A stretch of DNA of 64,000 nucleotides, from NCBI GenBank assembly GCA_030141605.1, contig JAQGDQ010000062.1, positions 434,001 through 498,000 on the forward strand. Reading direction: 5' to 3'. The DNA is from Tubiluchus corallicola (Eukaryota; Animalia; Priapulida). Within the stretch, counting starts at the first letter, position 1. Each line of letters starts with the position of its first letter. The notes under the pieces are model-generated. The model searched no databases. It was not told where the DNA came from and saw nothing but the letters and a program-made list of their open reading frames with translations. The translations under genes were made by a program, and so were the position numbers. Positions 1 through 14,100 of the stretch are shown in pieces.

Positions 1-220
1 TACAAATTCTTCCTATCCTGTTGCAGTTCACACTATCAACAGTAAATTTTAGTAAACTTGCAACATTCTCTTTTACATTGTATATTAGCACTTATGTAAT
101 GACTGACTAAATTCATTTGTGTTCATTTTCTTTTGTAGTAGCCTACGTAAAACCACAGAAATTTCATTATATTATAATGGAATTACACTAAATTGCTTAC
201 TTACTTATTTGCCTACTTAC

Positions 221-3200
221 CTGGCATTAATGAGATTGGTTGCATGAGTTTCCCACTTCACCTGCATCATCTCTCCCATGGAACCGATAACTTTTACTCC
301 ATTGTCTGTCTCTGGGTTATGAGAGGCTGTGATCATAACACCAACAGTAGCTTAAAAATTAAAAAAAACATTTTGTATAATACTATAATTACGGCTCTTT
401 CACATTCCAACATGAGTCACTTAATACTAATACTAATAGAAATTCCTCTGTTTGTTTATACAGTCTGGCAAGAATCAGAAAACGGACAGTTGCTGAAAAT
501 TATAAGAAATAAACGAAATAGTTCTTACAGCTTACCTAGAATGAACAACAATACTGTGCTAATAAGAAATAGGAAGAATCTTTTTTACAGCAGGCTGTCT
601 CAATGGTGCAGAGCAAATATTTTTGGATGATGCGTACCTTTCTGATATTTAGAGTATAATGCAGAAAGTAGTCCCACACGAAACACAATCCAATCCAAAT
701 TGATCGCCCTTAAAAATACAATTTATTATTCAGTTGAATATTTAACAATGTGAGTGTCCTTTATCGGACTTTTTTTTGAAAATGGGACTGGCAGTTAGCA
801 AGCCTCTCTTAAAGGCTGGTGGGGAACTAGACAATAAGGGTGTAAACCACAGCAAAAAATCAAATAGATGTAACGTACAGTGGGATGGTGGTTAGATGTA
901 ATGTAGAGTGGGATGGTGGTTAGATGTAATGTACAGTAGGATGGTGGTTAGATGCAATGTACAGTGGGATGGTGGTTAGATGTAATGTACAGTAGGATGG
1001 TGGTTAGATGTAACATACAGTGGGATGGTGGTTAGATGTAATGTACAGTGGGATGGTGGTTAGATGTAATGTACAGTGGGATGGTGGTTAGATGTAATGT
1101 ACAGTGGGATGGTGGTTAGATGTAATGTACAGTGGGATGGTGGTTAGATGTAATGTACAGTGGGATGGTGGTTAGATGTAACATAGAGTGGGATGGTGGT
1201 TAGATGTAATGTACAGTGGGATGGTGGTTAGATGTAACATACAGTGGGATGGTGGTTAGATGTAATGTACAGTGGGATGGTGGTTAGATGTAATGTACAG
1301 TGGGATGGTGGTTAGATGTAATGTACAGTGGGATGGTGGTTAGATGTAATGTACAGTGGGATGGTGGTTAGATGTAACATACAGTGGGATGGTGGTTAGA
1401 TGTAATGTACAGTGGGATGGTGGTTAGATGTAACATACAGTGGGATGGTGGTTAGATGTAATGTACAGTGGGATGGTGGTTAGATGTAATGTACAGTGGG
1501 ATGGTGGTTAGATGTAATGTACAGTGGGATGGTGGTTAGATGTAATGTACAGTGGGATGGTGGTTAGATGTAACATACAGTGGGATGGTGGTTAGATGTA
1601 ATGTACAGTGGGATGGTGGTTAGATGTAATGTACAGTGGGATGGTGGTTAGATGTAATGTAGAGTGGGATGGTGGTTAGATGTAATGTACAGTGGGTAGA
1701 CCACACTAAATATAATGCACATTTGATGTTTGTAAAAGTACTGGTGGTCAAAACGGTGGCCAAAATGTTAAGTTTTGCTCTGCAGGCACCAGCCGCACCA
1801 CGCTGTTAACAAAATTGTTTAACAAGCCAAAAAGATGCATGAAAGTACTATTATGCCTTTTTAATAAATATGTAGTAAGTATTAACAGCAGCAACATTGT
1901 TTAATGTTTTTCAGTTTTTTGTCTTCAAGTTTAATGCTTATACAGCATTTTCATACAACCTAGTCAGAATGAGCTGAAATGCATCTTACTTACTCAAAGA
2001 ATAGCACTTGACCTAAGATCAGTCTTTATTGCAATACAATTCTATTACAGCCAGGTTTATAATTACAATCAAAATTTAAGAGCTACATGCATAAGAAAAT
2101 TCTATTGTTACTTGAGGTACAAATTATAATCCCTTTTAAACATGATGTCAACTTAAAATAAATGATATACTACTTTTTTAGTTAAAAAACCAAGAGAATA
2201 TAATGAAAAACTGATCTCAACTCAGTCACGTAACCTGAAAATTAACCATATCAAAAAATTTTCACTACCTTCTTAATTTACTTCCAAGCTGGGAAGGTAT
2301 ATAAAAATTAGGTACAAACTAATAAATGGTTATTTCAGTAGTGAATGGAAATATTTTTCAAAATTACTGCTATTTGAATTGATGTAGTTCTTGTAATGTT
2401 AACACTGATGATAATGACAACGATTATGGATGGTAATGATGAAAAAATGTTTTTGCTTTAAGTAATTAAGTTCTGAGTTTTCAAGAATAAACCGTAGAAG
2501 GCAAACTTAGAAGCTCATGTGAACTTAAATAGGCATTATTTATAAAATGGATCATTTTTCATTAACCTTACAACGCTTAAAGCATGGAGATATAGATCGT
2601 CCAAAACCGGTGCCGATTGATAGATGGCTCCACCATCGGTTCTACCCCACACCACAATGGAGGAGCTTACAACACTCATCCAAACCCTTCAGCAGTTTGT
2701 AGGTGTGGTCTGGTATCACTATTTTCAAGTGCTACAACATTATTTTTGTGTACTATACTTTGACAGGTCTGTGCAATGGTTATCAGGCTAATTACATAAC
2801 TCCGCACGTATAAGCACTGCAGTTGCCATGGTCAAAGAATCACCACCAAAAGATTACTGCTCAAAGATTCATATGAAAAAACAAAAGACATCCAGTTAAA
2901 AGACAAAAATAAAAACTGCCAGACAGTGAAAACGATAAACTGAAAATTCATTTCAGACATCTTTCCTCACTGCTGAGATAATAATATTTTATGCAGAAGT
3001 TAAATTATAAAATTATACATTTGTTATTTATTATTTAATAAAAAAATTACTCTTTTTTAGGCCTATGCATTGAATTACTCAGACCTGGCCTATTATAACT
3101 AAGAAATACTCATTCAAAAATAATGGCATGATGTGTGGAGACCAAGACTTATCACTAATGGATATTTCCTCGCTAATTAGCATCAGATAAAAAGCAACAG

Positions 3201-3548
3201 TCTGCTGGAGCCAAGGTGTTACCACAACAAGAAGGAAATCGGTAGTACGCAACAAAAATAGTATGTTTATACAAGAACAGCATACGTGCAGCTACGTTGT
3301 TTCATAAACTGTCATTCATAGGCACTAATTACATAAGATCAAACAGGAGCAGTTACAAGTTCCCATACCTTTCTTGCAACTATTGGCAACAAACAATTAA
3401 AGCATTTTCTAAAAACAATGACTTGTAACAGTCCACTTTTTACAACTCCTAAAAGTGCACAGCTGCACGTTAATATGCAGTTATTCACATATGTCTAACA
3501 CTTGAAAAGCCAGCCACAATCAGACGACCATCGTCCGTCAAACATTTG

Positions 3549-3586
<38 letters not shown>

Positions 3587-5154
3587 GCGTGTGTGTGCGT
3601 GTGTGTGTGTGTATGTGTGAGTGTGTGTGTATGCATGTATGTTCACTGTACATGTGCTCACATATTTGTGTATAGCTAACACCATCACTATAATAACTTT
3701 ATAATTTAATTAATTTTTATTTTTATTTAAATTCTCTAAACACTTGCAAGCATTACAAATTATTTATTAGAAGTCACTTTGTAGTTATAAATTAAGTAAC
3801 TCTAAAAACTACAGTTTCATTTAAGCACCAGCAACTCACAATTAGAATTCACTATAAGTTTGTAATTATGAAATTAAATTAAACTAAAAGCATGACAGCT
3901 GTATTCATAGTCAAACACACTTTAAAATATTATTGGCAACTATATGAAAGTTGCAATTAAGCTCAAGCGAGCACTCCTATTATTTTAATAATGCACATGC
4001 ACTGGTCCACAGTCCATCCCACTGACAGATGGTCCAATTTCACCACTGTTTAAATGTGAAAGATGGTTCTATCACTGGTGGTCTTTTAATCTGTGGTAGA
4101 CCTTTGATTGGTGATCCTTTGACTGGAGATCTTTTGTCTGGTGGAATTTTGACTGCCCCCAACAAGGGTCACGAAGGGTAGAAAAGTAACGCATAATTAC
4201 ATTTATGGGATACTACAGTGTTTCATCCCAAAGAAAAAAATCAATGGCAACCTATGACAGTTTAATTTATTTATCTGAAAAATTATACCAGGCATTATAT
4301 ATATATAGCCCAATTACAATATTGAGCTTCTCTCGTCATTTTATTTTACCACTGTTTGTTTATAAAAATTATTTTATAAAAAACTGCTAAAACACATTTT
4401 TTGTGTATGCACTATACCCAATTAGCGATTAATTTTAGACGGTGACATAAATTACCTGCTCTGCTTTGCTTTTACGTTTCTTTTTGTTGTTATATAATCA
4501 TGTTCACATTATTTTTTGTTGCCGAGAATTTTGTAAACTACTGTACATTATTATCATTTTATTTAATTCGTAACTAATTATTGTGATACTTATTCATCAT
4601 CTTCATTTATTTTTATTCTTTTTTTCACTTATGCTATTGTTGTTATGTTTGTTTTTATAATTTTGCTTTTGTTATTGCCTTATTTTGATTAGTTTATTTG
4701 CATCCTGTGTCATCAATTCTTTTTTCTGTCATCAATATTAAATTATAAGGGGTGAGTGAGTAGATGACCTACGATCTTTCCTCGCCCCATCTCCACAGAC
4801 AAAGTTCTTTTTTCGTAAAATGGAAATTTGTGACACAAATTGGAGAAAAATAAAATGTCTATGTCTATTTAATGCACCTATATTACAAACCGCAATATTT
4901 TATTTTTGAATATATTACAGAGAAGCTCAATATTGTAATTGGGCTATATATATATATATATATATATATATAATGCCTGGTATAATTTTTCAGATAATAC
5001 AAGGAGAACACACAAGGAGTCAGATAATATAAGGAGAACACACTTACTTGCCCCTAAAGCCGGCCGTTCCATAATGTATAGGTCTAGCTTCTTCTATCAA
5101 CTTCTTATAGTTCGAGCACACAAAATTATCAATGCTTTTCAAAGAAAGTTTCAT
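221..5154 (-). CDS. PGM3: Phosphoacetylglucosamine mutase, first three coding exons; gene continues past the left edge
   Basis: Exons 5154-5048, 708-638 and 350-221 have GT-AG introns in compatible phases. They give [88 protein letters not shown]..., containing the YGTAGFR and catalytic phosphoserine TASHNPxxDNGxK motifs of PGM3/AGM1. Confidence 0.95.
865..1696. repeat. 28-bp minisatellite, about 30 copies (TAGATGTAATGTACAGTGGGATGGTGGT), in PGM3 intron 1
   Basis: Head-to-tail, near-identical 28-bp units with a recurring AACAT variant and no spacers. Confidence 0.97.
3552..3632. repeat. (TG)n / (TGCG) microsatellite
   Basis: Read directly from the sequence. Confidence 0.95.
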
Positions 5155-5308
5155 TTTTCTTTTAAAACTATTTCGCGAGTTTATCACACATTTCTTCAGG
5201 AATCAAGATTTAAAGAGCTTTAATAAAAAAAACTTATTATATAATAATAATAATAAAAATATCTGTGTATACTCAGTGCTCGACGAGCACGTGTTGTGGA
5301 GCCGCGGC

Positions 5309-5976
5309 CAGAAAAGGTGGATATCACTTTCTTGCTTATCCGCATCCGCAAAATCCGAAACTGTAAATAATCCGCATCAGTAAAATCCGCGGATTGAGTA
5401 TTATCTTACTATTCTAGTATCGGGATTACGCAAAAATATAGACAACAACTCAACCGCTTTGTATGAAGGTAGCAATTATAATCGCGAGTCAATAATAAAT
5501 TGCTAGCCAGACCCCCAATTGTGCTTGCAAGCCCTCAACGACAACTCACACTGCACGATGTACATAGTACATCACTCAACCATATCATGCCCATCACACC
5601 ACATACCATAATACGCTCGAGTAAAAATTATACTAATTACTTGTAATTATAAGCACTGTTTGAGTCTAGGAATTTTCAGGTAAAATAAAAAACCAAGAGA
5701 TGATAAGAAGACAAATAAATTAGACAAGTGACGAAAGGCGTTAAATGGGGCAACAAGTCTTTTAATGTGCAAGCAAAGGAATGCTTAACGAACTGCAATT
5801 GGGTAAACTTTTTGTGCACTTGAAAATTTACTTTACACAAGTGGCTTTTGCATGCTGCAATTTCGCGTAAAATCCGCGCGGGCATTAGGAATCCGCATCC
5901 GCATATACCCAAGTAATTCATTATCTGCTATACGCAAATTAGGTGCGGATTCTGCAACCGCATCCGGCCATCTCTG
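5309..5976. mobile_element. hAT-like non-autonomous element (MITE) just upstream of the PGM3 ATG
   Basis: CAG...CTG termini with a degenerate TIR (CAGAAAAGGTGGAT / ATCCGGCCATCTCTG). ATCCGC subterminal repeats at both ends. 8-bp flanks GCCGCGGC (5301-5308) and GCCGCGGA (5977-5984). Confidence 0.7.
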
Positions 5977-6170
5977 GCCGCGGAAACTCCAAAGTTTCAA
6001 TGTTGAAATTTTTGGGCAGTACATATTTTATCAGCCGAGAGATGGCGCCAGATTTATATATTCGGTGCTACGCCAACACTAAGCGTTACTGATAGTTCTT
6101 GGAGATTAACAATACGTTCGGATTAGGAAGTTTTCTTGCCAAGAAACTCCTAAGTGTATTCAGTTAGTGT

Positions 6171-6900
6171 CAATTCAATTCAATTTCAATTCAGTTTTAT
6201 TTGCTCAAATAAGTGAAAAGTACACACAGTGGCAAAATGGGCTGTGACTTAACTATAACTACACGTATTACACGAAAAAGCTATGTATACATACAAAAAA
6301 GTTTAATTAATAATTAACTAGGTTTGATAACATGAGAAGTCTATTATTAACATTATACAAAATAATATTATTTACCGCCAGCATTCCTCATTATTGCTTA
6401 TGTTTGGTATGGCCTGTAGGCCATGCACTCACAGATAAAGACACTAAAATAGTTAAGACTTAATATCGGAGTTAAAAAGTATGGAAAACACTGAGCTGCA
6501 AAAAACTAAAATTATAAAACGAATTTTATATTATTGTCTGATTTCTTTATATGTAGCGAGGGCATTCACATAAGGAAGTGTTGTTCATCCTCTTTCGGGT
6601 TTTGCACGTTTTCTATTTCTAATAGAGAAGGAACAGGGTCTTTAATTTTCTTGTTGATTTATATATTCTGCCTTTTTTAAATTTGTAGGTCATGATCGTT
6701 TATTCTGTTTTTGTTATGTTTTACGCCTGTGTTGTTTATTATAGTCTGGAGGTGTGGCTCTTATGGTATTTGTATTTTATGTTTCTGTAGAATCTTAACT
6801 TGTTCTTTCCTGTTATCGTTATATTTCTTTAAAAAATAGTTTTGTAGCCTACCCCTAGATTTTTCTGATAGTCATTGTTTTTTTTTTTATTAAACGAGAA
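6171..6900 (-). mobile_element. Degenerate 3' end of a non-LTR retrotransposon
   Basis: Broken minus-strand peptides KLRFYRNIK...EPHLQ, RINDHDLQI and EDEQHFL..CPRY, typical of a LINE ORF2 C-terminal zinc-knuckle region. Ends in AATAAA plus a (TGAAT)n tail near 6171-6203. Confidence 0.6.
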
Positions 6901-7689
6901 GTTTCTTCCTGTGTAGAGGTTTCCTACTTCCCCCCGTTTGTAAAAATAATCAGAGAATTTGAAATTTCTTGTCGACAGTAACTCGCAAGGCACTTCACAC
7001 TTGAGAGTTTACTGTCAGACAGAAAACTTCCTAGTCTGAACGCTTTGTAAGTATGTACAAGTTGTAACATGTCTTTTGCTAGGGGTACAAAAACAAGAGC
7101 AATTATACAGAACAACTTGCTGCATCAAGCTATTGCTCAATTAATTGAGAACCTACCATGATTCTATCAACATAAACTTTAATGTGAATCCCTTGTAAAG
7201 CTTGCACAATCTGTAACCTTGAGTGAAACGACAGAAACAGATTGAAGTGAATGGCTTTTTAAGAATCCGATAAATCGAATGTGAAGCATTACAATACATG
7301 TTACAACCATCTTTATTTAGGTTATGTTCGTACTCATGAATGTTGCTAAGCATTTTGTTAAATTTTTGGAATCATCTGCCTGACAACATTAAAAATGAAC
7401 GTGCTGTGCTGTTTTCGTTTTCAAATTTAAAAAAGGTTAGAGCATTTCATATTAGAATATAGCTCTAATATATACGATATGTAATTGTTTTCAAACGTAC
7501 CATTTAATGCAACGTGAAGTGTGAGTATAGAAGAAGAAAGAGAATGAAGAAAAAGAAACTGCAGAAGTGAGAAGAAGTAAATTCATTTTGACACCTTTGA
7601 GTGTGCTCGGTTGCCGCCTCTTTTGCATAATGCCCTGTTGGTTTCTATGCCTTGTTTCTATATATTAATTTCTGTGGTATGGGCTTAAT

Positions 7690-8406
7690 ATATATATATA
7701 TATATATTCGAGGCTACATCTCCGACGACGGCACCATCTGCGACGATCTATATATCAAACAAAAGGTCTCGATCTAGTGTGGTCTCATTAGGTGTTTATT
7801 TTTCGAATCGGGCCCACCGGGGAAAACGGGAGACGAAAAACCTCCAAAAATGGCCATTTTCGGCCGTTTTTTGCAAAACCTCTTATTTCTGAAGAACGAG
7901 AACGGGCCAAGGGCGGTGCTGGTTATGAATAGATAACCCGTTCAGCGGTGGGTGCAGTAGGCGTATTTAGAATTCGTTCGCGCGGCGTCCCGCAACGGAC
8001 GTTTTCCCGGACCCAACTCCCGATTTTTTCGAAATTTTGGTGAAACAGCCTACTGAGAAAACGTTCTAGCGACGCCTGGTGGAACTCTTGTAAGCAGATA
8101 TGTGGCCCTTTAGAAAGAGGAAGAACAGGGCTACACGGTGCTGTGGGCTATATTTTAGGATACGTCCACCAAGAAGAGTGACGACGAGTTAATTAGATGT
8201 TCCATTTCGCACAATTTTCCCTTGGAACACTGCGTACGCAAAGCCATTGTTCTGACGTCATCCATTATACTCTGCTTATAACCTTATAACTTTAATTCAG
8301 TAAAAGCTACTGGCTTTGCGTCATAAATGAGGACTATGTAGGATGTTTGCGTATTTTTGATTATAAGTGTGTTTATACGCAAAAAATTTTGCGGGGCCTT
8401 TGCTAG
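7690..8406 (+). mobile_element. Non-autonomous Helitron-like element; 5' boundary approximate
   Basis: 3' end has a short hairpin (CGCAAAA...TTTTGCG) followed by CTAG|T at 8403-8407. The last ~165 bp recur at 20565-20762. Confidence 0.65.
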
Positions 8407-8889
8407 TATGCTATTAAAATTTTATAATAATTTGGTCGCCCTGTAAACTTCTTGTGTGATTTTAGGTCTTATAGGTGTAAAAAGTGTAAAAAAGCGATAA
8501 TCGTCAATCAAAACAGCTTAGAAACAAATAGCTCTACTTTCAAATCTCGATGATTGTAAGTCAGAACTGAAAAAGTTTTGTCTGGTTTGCAAGGTAGAGT
8601 ACCACATAAGGTGAGAGAAGTGAGAACTTACCTATAACCAAAGAGTTGTCACAGTTTACATCGACCATTTTTGCTGACTGAAAGTCACAAGGCAAAAAAT
8701 AGGTTTTGATTAACATGAATAACTGATACGATAACAGTCTAAGAATGCATGACAGAAAATTGTTTTTTATCAACCAACAATTTTTGTCACAGAGTGAAGC
8801 TTCAACTGTACGATACAAAACTGTTAAACATGGTAAAATATGCAAAGTAAAATTAGCCATGGTGATAGTCAGGTATTATCCTGACAATG

Positions 8890-10375
8890 TTACAACGTTT
8901 CTGAGCTATTATCAAGTTTTTTGAAAAACCTTGCTTGATATCCCGGATAAAAAGCTCGTATTTTGTGGGTTTCATTGTGACAGTATTTAAAGAAACGTTC
9001 GTCGTAGTCAGGTTTTCCATCTCCTAGCGGACAACTTTGAAAAAAGCTATTAGTGTTGTTAGTGCGAAGTGGTGAATCTTTTACCAAGTCCCAAAGTTTC
9101 ATTGGTTCTGGTGGATACACGTGGTGCACCACTATGATTTTGTCGCACATGGCAGGACCTCGGTACCTCAGATGACTGTAGTAAGTCATCAGAATTCTCT
9201 CATTGTCGTCTAAATAGGTAACATTTTCCATGTGATACAACCACATTCTTGCTGCTATGCCACCACGTGCATCGCACAGAAGTGTTCCTTGGTGCAACTT
9301 GTGTAGCAATAATTGAACAATGTCTCCAGAAAACAGCAAAAAATATTCATCCATCCGTCTTCTACCTAGAAACGAAAATCAGACATGTTATCAGTGTGAC
9401 ACTGTCAGTTGTATGGAAGTTGATTAACCTCGTATTGTCTGAATATGTTGTCATAATGTTGAGGACATAATGCTACATGATAAATCAGACAGCGACTGAA
9501 AAAGTCACAAGGTTAAGTGCAATGCAAATAAATGAAATATTTTTTAAATCTGTAACAATTAGGATAAAAATCTCGAAATATAAAAATCATACTCCGAGAA
9601 GGATGCATTTGTTCTCATTCACGAAATGATTAGTCGTTTACGCATTTGTATTTTTTTTTGTCTTTTTCAATGATCAATCTTTGCTGTTAAGTTTGGCATA
9701 AAGTTTAGCTTAACTTGATAATGAATTAGGCATCGTAGATGGAATTGTAGACTGCAAAAGCTATCATGTTTACTTACCTATAGCTTTTTCGCATCTTCGA
9801 AAACCCCAGTTTACTTTTGTATAAGGCAAGACTGCGAGTTCCGCTCTTAGCTTCTGTACACATAAAAATGTATCATCATCTATTCGTAGAAAATATTTGA
9901 AATCATATCGTTGTGAAGCCCAGTCCATCATCCAAGTGATGCGTTTGGCAAAATTTATTCCACTGGGTGTCTCTGCCAGAATGATGTCATCATTTAGTTT
10001 TGATTCTTCAACTAAAGGATTTAAAACTGTATCGTTCTCTCTATTTCCATAGGTGTCAAGCACGGGAACGATAAAAACACATACGACATCATCAAAGCTT
10101 TTACACCACTTCATCCAGGTGTAGCGCACTGCATCACGTCTGTCTACGTAAACAGGCGCACTCATAATGCCTACGAATAACAAAATTTCTTCTTTATCGT
10201 ATGGCCCATAATCAGAAAATGTCTGATGCCTTTTCACAGAAACTTCATTATTATTTCCTTGATTTCGATAATAAGCAGGTTTGTAGAGAAGAACGTAAGC
10301 AGCAATTATTAACAACAGTACATAAAACAGCAATGCTTTCTGATTACGTCTTGTTAGAGCAAACATCTCAGACAT
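8890..10375 (-). CDS. GT31 beta-1,3-galactosyltransferase-like (B3GALT6-like) type II membrane glycosyltransferase, 357 aa
   Basis: Exons 10375-9778 and 9365-8890 joined by a phase-1 GT-AG intron. N-terminal TM segment (ALLFYVLLLIIAAYVLL), LFVGIMSAP...RRDAVRYTW motif and DxD motif FLRIDDDTF. Confidence 0.9.
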
Positions 10376-11116
10376 CTAAATGCGCAAAACCGCGACTTCT
10401 AAAACAAAAGTTAGGTTTACGGACTTAAGAAAAGTCGCCAAGAGAAAATGTAAGTTTAAATGTGGTTCAGGTTAGGTCACTGTTACTATTAACCTAGTGA
10501 AAATAGTATCATGTGTACAACAGACTTTCCTTCTCGCAGCTAATTGAAAAAAGTGACAATGATAAACTACGCCTGTAATGGCCTACGGAACGTTGACCCA
10601 CATTAATTCTTAAAGATCTTTTTGTGCAGCATTAATGGCAGCAAATTAAAGCAGGGTGTGACGTAATCATGAACCAATCTAAACGAAGTACATAATTTGT
10701 TTGGTTATACAGTTATTGTGATTATAATCTAGACAGACTATTTAAAAAAATCTATAACTTTAATAATGCTTTTTCAACGCAGCTGCCCAAACAGTCTCAT
10801 TCTATTTGTATCAGTGCCAAACGTTTAACGTCCACTAATTAGTGAAATGTCAACCTGAAAACCTACAGTTTGGCATTTATTGAATACCTCAGCAAACTAC
10901 TGGACCATTAACATGGACGATGAACATTCATTATCTAGACGGGCTTGTATATCACTGTTATATGTAATAAGGTCTACATAGATTTCATTATTTATGCTAA
11001 TTCAGTTTCAAAACAAATTATTATTTATCATTTGCAATTATAATGTGATAACCACTTCTGACAAAAATCATTACTACGTTATCCTCGGTCGTGACAGTAC
11101 TAAGTGACCAGGTAAC

Positions 11117-14100
11117 ATGTACAAGTACAAATCTGCTGTTATCGTTATCAAGAAATTAGCAAAATTGACGCTGTCACACGCAGTGAAAGTTTTAATTGTG
11201 TTTCTGGCATGTTGCACTTTTATAAAAGTTCTTCACTCGTCGCTTCTCCAACAAGTCAGTTATCCAGAAAAAGATTATGACGACTGGCAAACGGAAACGC
11301 GCAAAAGGTAAGCCATTTTGTAATTATCACTATCAGTTTAACAAGCGTTTAAATGCAAGACTAATGTCACAGTAATATGCTCGTATCCGGAGCGGTCCAT
11401 TTGTTCGTTTCTTGTAAGGTGCCATAAGAACATCGTAGAAAGCATTTATAGAATCCGTTTTTCATAAAAAATTAGAATGTGCATTCATGGGGCAAACATC
11501 AGAGTGAAAGAAACGCCAACAATATAACAATAGGGCAGATCCATTAACGGGCGTGATCCATTTAATGGGCTCATTTGTGGGTCGTCTTGAGAAAGTGAAA
11601 AATCTGACTCCATGGTGGTGTGCGCAATGGTTCGTAGCGTTTTACTGCAAAAATTCGACCGTCCATGGTGAAAATGTGCCCCGTAACAATTTTCAAAAAT
11701 AGCAACACCAACAACAAGTTTAGGGATCACGTACTTCGTACTGGATCCAAAAATAAGGGAGGTCAACGAAAAATTGAACTGAATTGAAATTATACATTTT
11801 CAATTATACTTTACACATTATACATAACTGATAACTGAATTGAAAGTAAGTTGACCTAAGATGAAGAGAATTAATTCGTTAGCGGAAATTATGGAGTGAC
11901 AAAGGCTGCCAAGTTAACAAAACGTTTCTGTAAAACTTCATTTAGAACGCCTTCTGCCTAGGCAAATTTAAAAACTTAAGAATAACAAGCAAGTGATCTC
12001 CAACAGATTATCAATAAATTCCAGCACTCAAACCTTTTGTACGTGAAATATAACATAAATACATATGACCTCCTGTATTAAAAGATCTATAATTATAATT
12101 ATGACACCAAGCAATCGTTGTGAAGTTAAGGACGATAACGTTGGAAAAGAGAAGATGAAACATGACAGGTGATGTCTAGTAATTCCCTGATGCTTAAAAA
12201 ACGTAGATCATGTTTTGTAGCTCAGTTTTGTAAACTCACACCTGAATCTGACACCAAGCTTCAATTTTGTAACATTTTACAGTAAAAAATGGAAACGGAT
12301 GACATGTTTAATAAAAAGCGCTGTGTTTTGTAGGAATTTTCGACATTAAGGGAATTCATTGCCGTTTACCATAAAAAACATCCTGCTTAAAAAGTGTTTG
12401 TCCATGAAACACGCATTAGTTTAAACGCGTGTATAAAATGAGAAAGTGTTTCGCTTGATACAATGTTTATTGAATTTCTTAACAGTTTAAAAAAACTCAT
12501 TTAAACTCTAGTTCTTACAAAAGTGGTATCCTCTCTAAATGTGCGTTTTATGTAGTCTCTAATTTTTACAGTGTGTTTTCAAGTTTCTTTTTGGCTAAGA
12601 AATCCTGTAGCAAATAAACCAATATTTTTACCGAGTTTATTAAATGTCAAAATTACCTGAGCGATAATTTTAACAAATGGCTTGAGAGTCTTGTTATTAT
12701 AACATTAACAGGCGCCTTACTCATTAGTGACACCTAGGTGAAGAAAATTGAATTTAATTATGCTTCTAGTTGAACCAGTACTGGATGACCGACTGCTTAC
12801 TACTTAAAAGAAAATTAATGGTGGAATTGCAAGCAGTAACATTTTCACCGAAATGACAAAATCATCATTTCTTGATGTGAAATAGTATAATCATAAATGT
12901 ATGTATGGTGCTTTTTTGTACTGAAATGAAGTGAACATTTCAGTGGTGGAAAAAGCTGTGTCTATTAGCAGCACAACACAGTTTTACAATGCCTTACAAA
13001 GCAGCTATTCACTGAATTCAGTCAATTTCGTCTTAGAAACTGAGGTAGACAAGAGATTCTCTTTTTCCATGCATTCCGTCTACACATTGGGCAAAATCCC
13101 ATCACCATTCGTTCTGTTCAGTCGTTCATTGAGCAAAGTTGCACATATAATTCTAGCTGAACGCGGCTAAGACACATTGATTATCCTTGACAATAATCCA
13201 ATGTTCTAGCGCTGACACAAGCACCTGCATAAGCAGTATTTGCTGATAATTGGGTACCGTTGTACCGTTATATTATCAACTTCTTGCAATATTCCGGAAT
13301 GTACGAAATAAAACATCAACCAAACAACTGATTAGTTAGAATTTAATAATTGCAGTTGTCGCTAAACGGCAACGAAAATGAGTATTCCATATAGACCTAA
13401 GTTGTTACAGATGCAGATTGTATGTTCTTTCGTTTGCAATGAAGTTACTCATTCCAATGTAGGTGTAATTTTCTATTCTTCGGCTTTGCTAATTCTTTTA
13501 TAGGTTTCCAGAAAGCGGTTCTAAAAAAGCCATTCATATCGTCACAGCCATTTGTGGTGATGATCCAAGAATTCACTTAAATGCGCTGACAATGATGAAA
13601 TCCCTCCTTGCTTTTACGACAACCCCCGTGCACGTGCATGTATTTGTTGATGAACAGTCGTCCAGAGACTTAATTTTTGAACAAGTAAGCATTTTCTGTT
13701 ACATGTATGTCTAAAGTATATAATACGTAATATTTACTAAAGTATGTAAGCTTACTTGATTTGGCCTAAATTCTAAGTTCTAATTTCGCGGGCTACGTGT
13801 AACTAGACCTAAAAAATTGACAGCAATTTAATAAGATTGTCATTATCATCATCAGCGTCGTCGTCGTTCGTCGTTCGTCGTAGTGTTGGCAATAAATTTT
13901 ATGTGCTATATTGGTGGTACAGCAAAAGAATGTATTTTACAAGAGTAGACAGTTCTGTAATACATTACGTAGTCATTTAAAACACAATTAGTATTGTAAA
14001 TTATAGAAGTAAATTAATTAACATTGTGTAACACAGTGTAATTTGAAACTAAATGTAGACAACCATCAGCTGCAGCATATTAAACTAGAAAATCCTGAAA

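Noticed and set aside
1-110. Possible PGM3 exon 4 at the window edge
   Set aside because: Several candidate acceptors and too little sequence to fix the frame.
193-630. 145-aa plus-strand ORF
   Set aside because: Antisense shadow of PGM3 exon 3 plus intron, with no recognisable protein features.
865-1696. CRISPR-like 28-bp periodicity
   Set aside because: Units are contiguous with no unique spacers, there are no cas genes, and the array sits in a eukaryotic intron.
11390-11766. GC-richer stretch with a 93-aa minus-strand ORF in GXYLT-like intron 1
   Set aside because: No recognisable domain, TIR pair or splice support; probably decayed TE.
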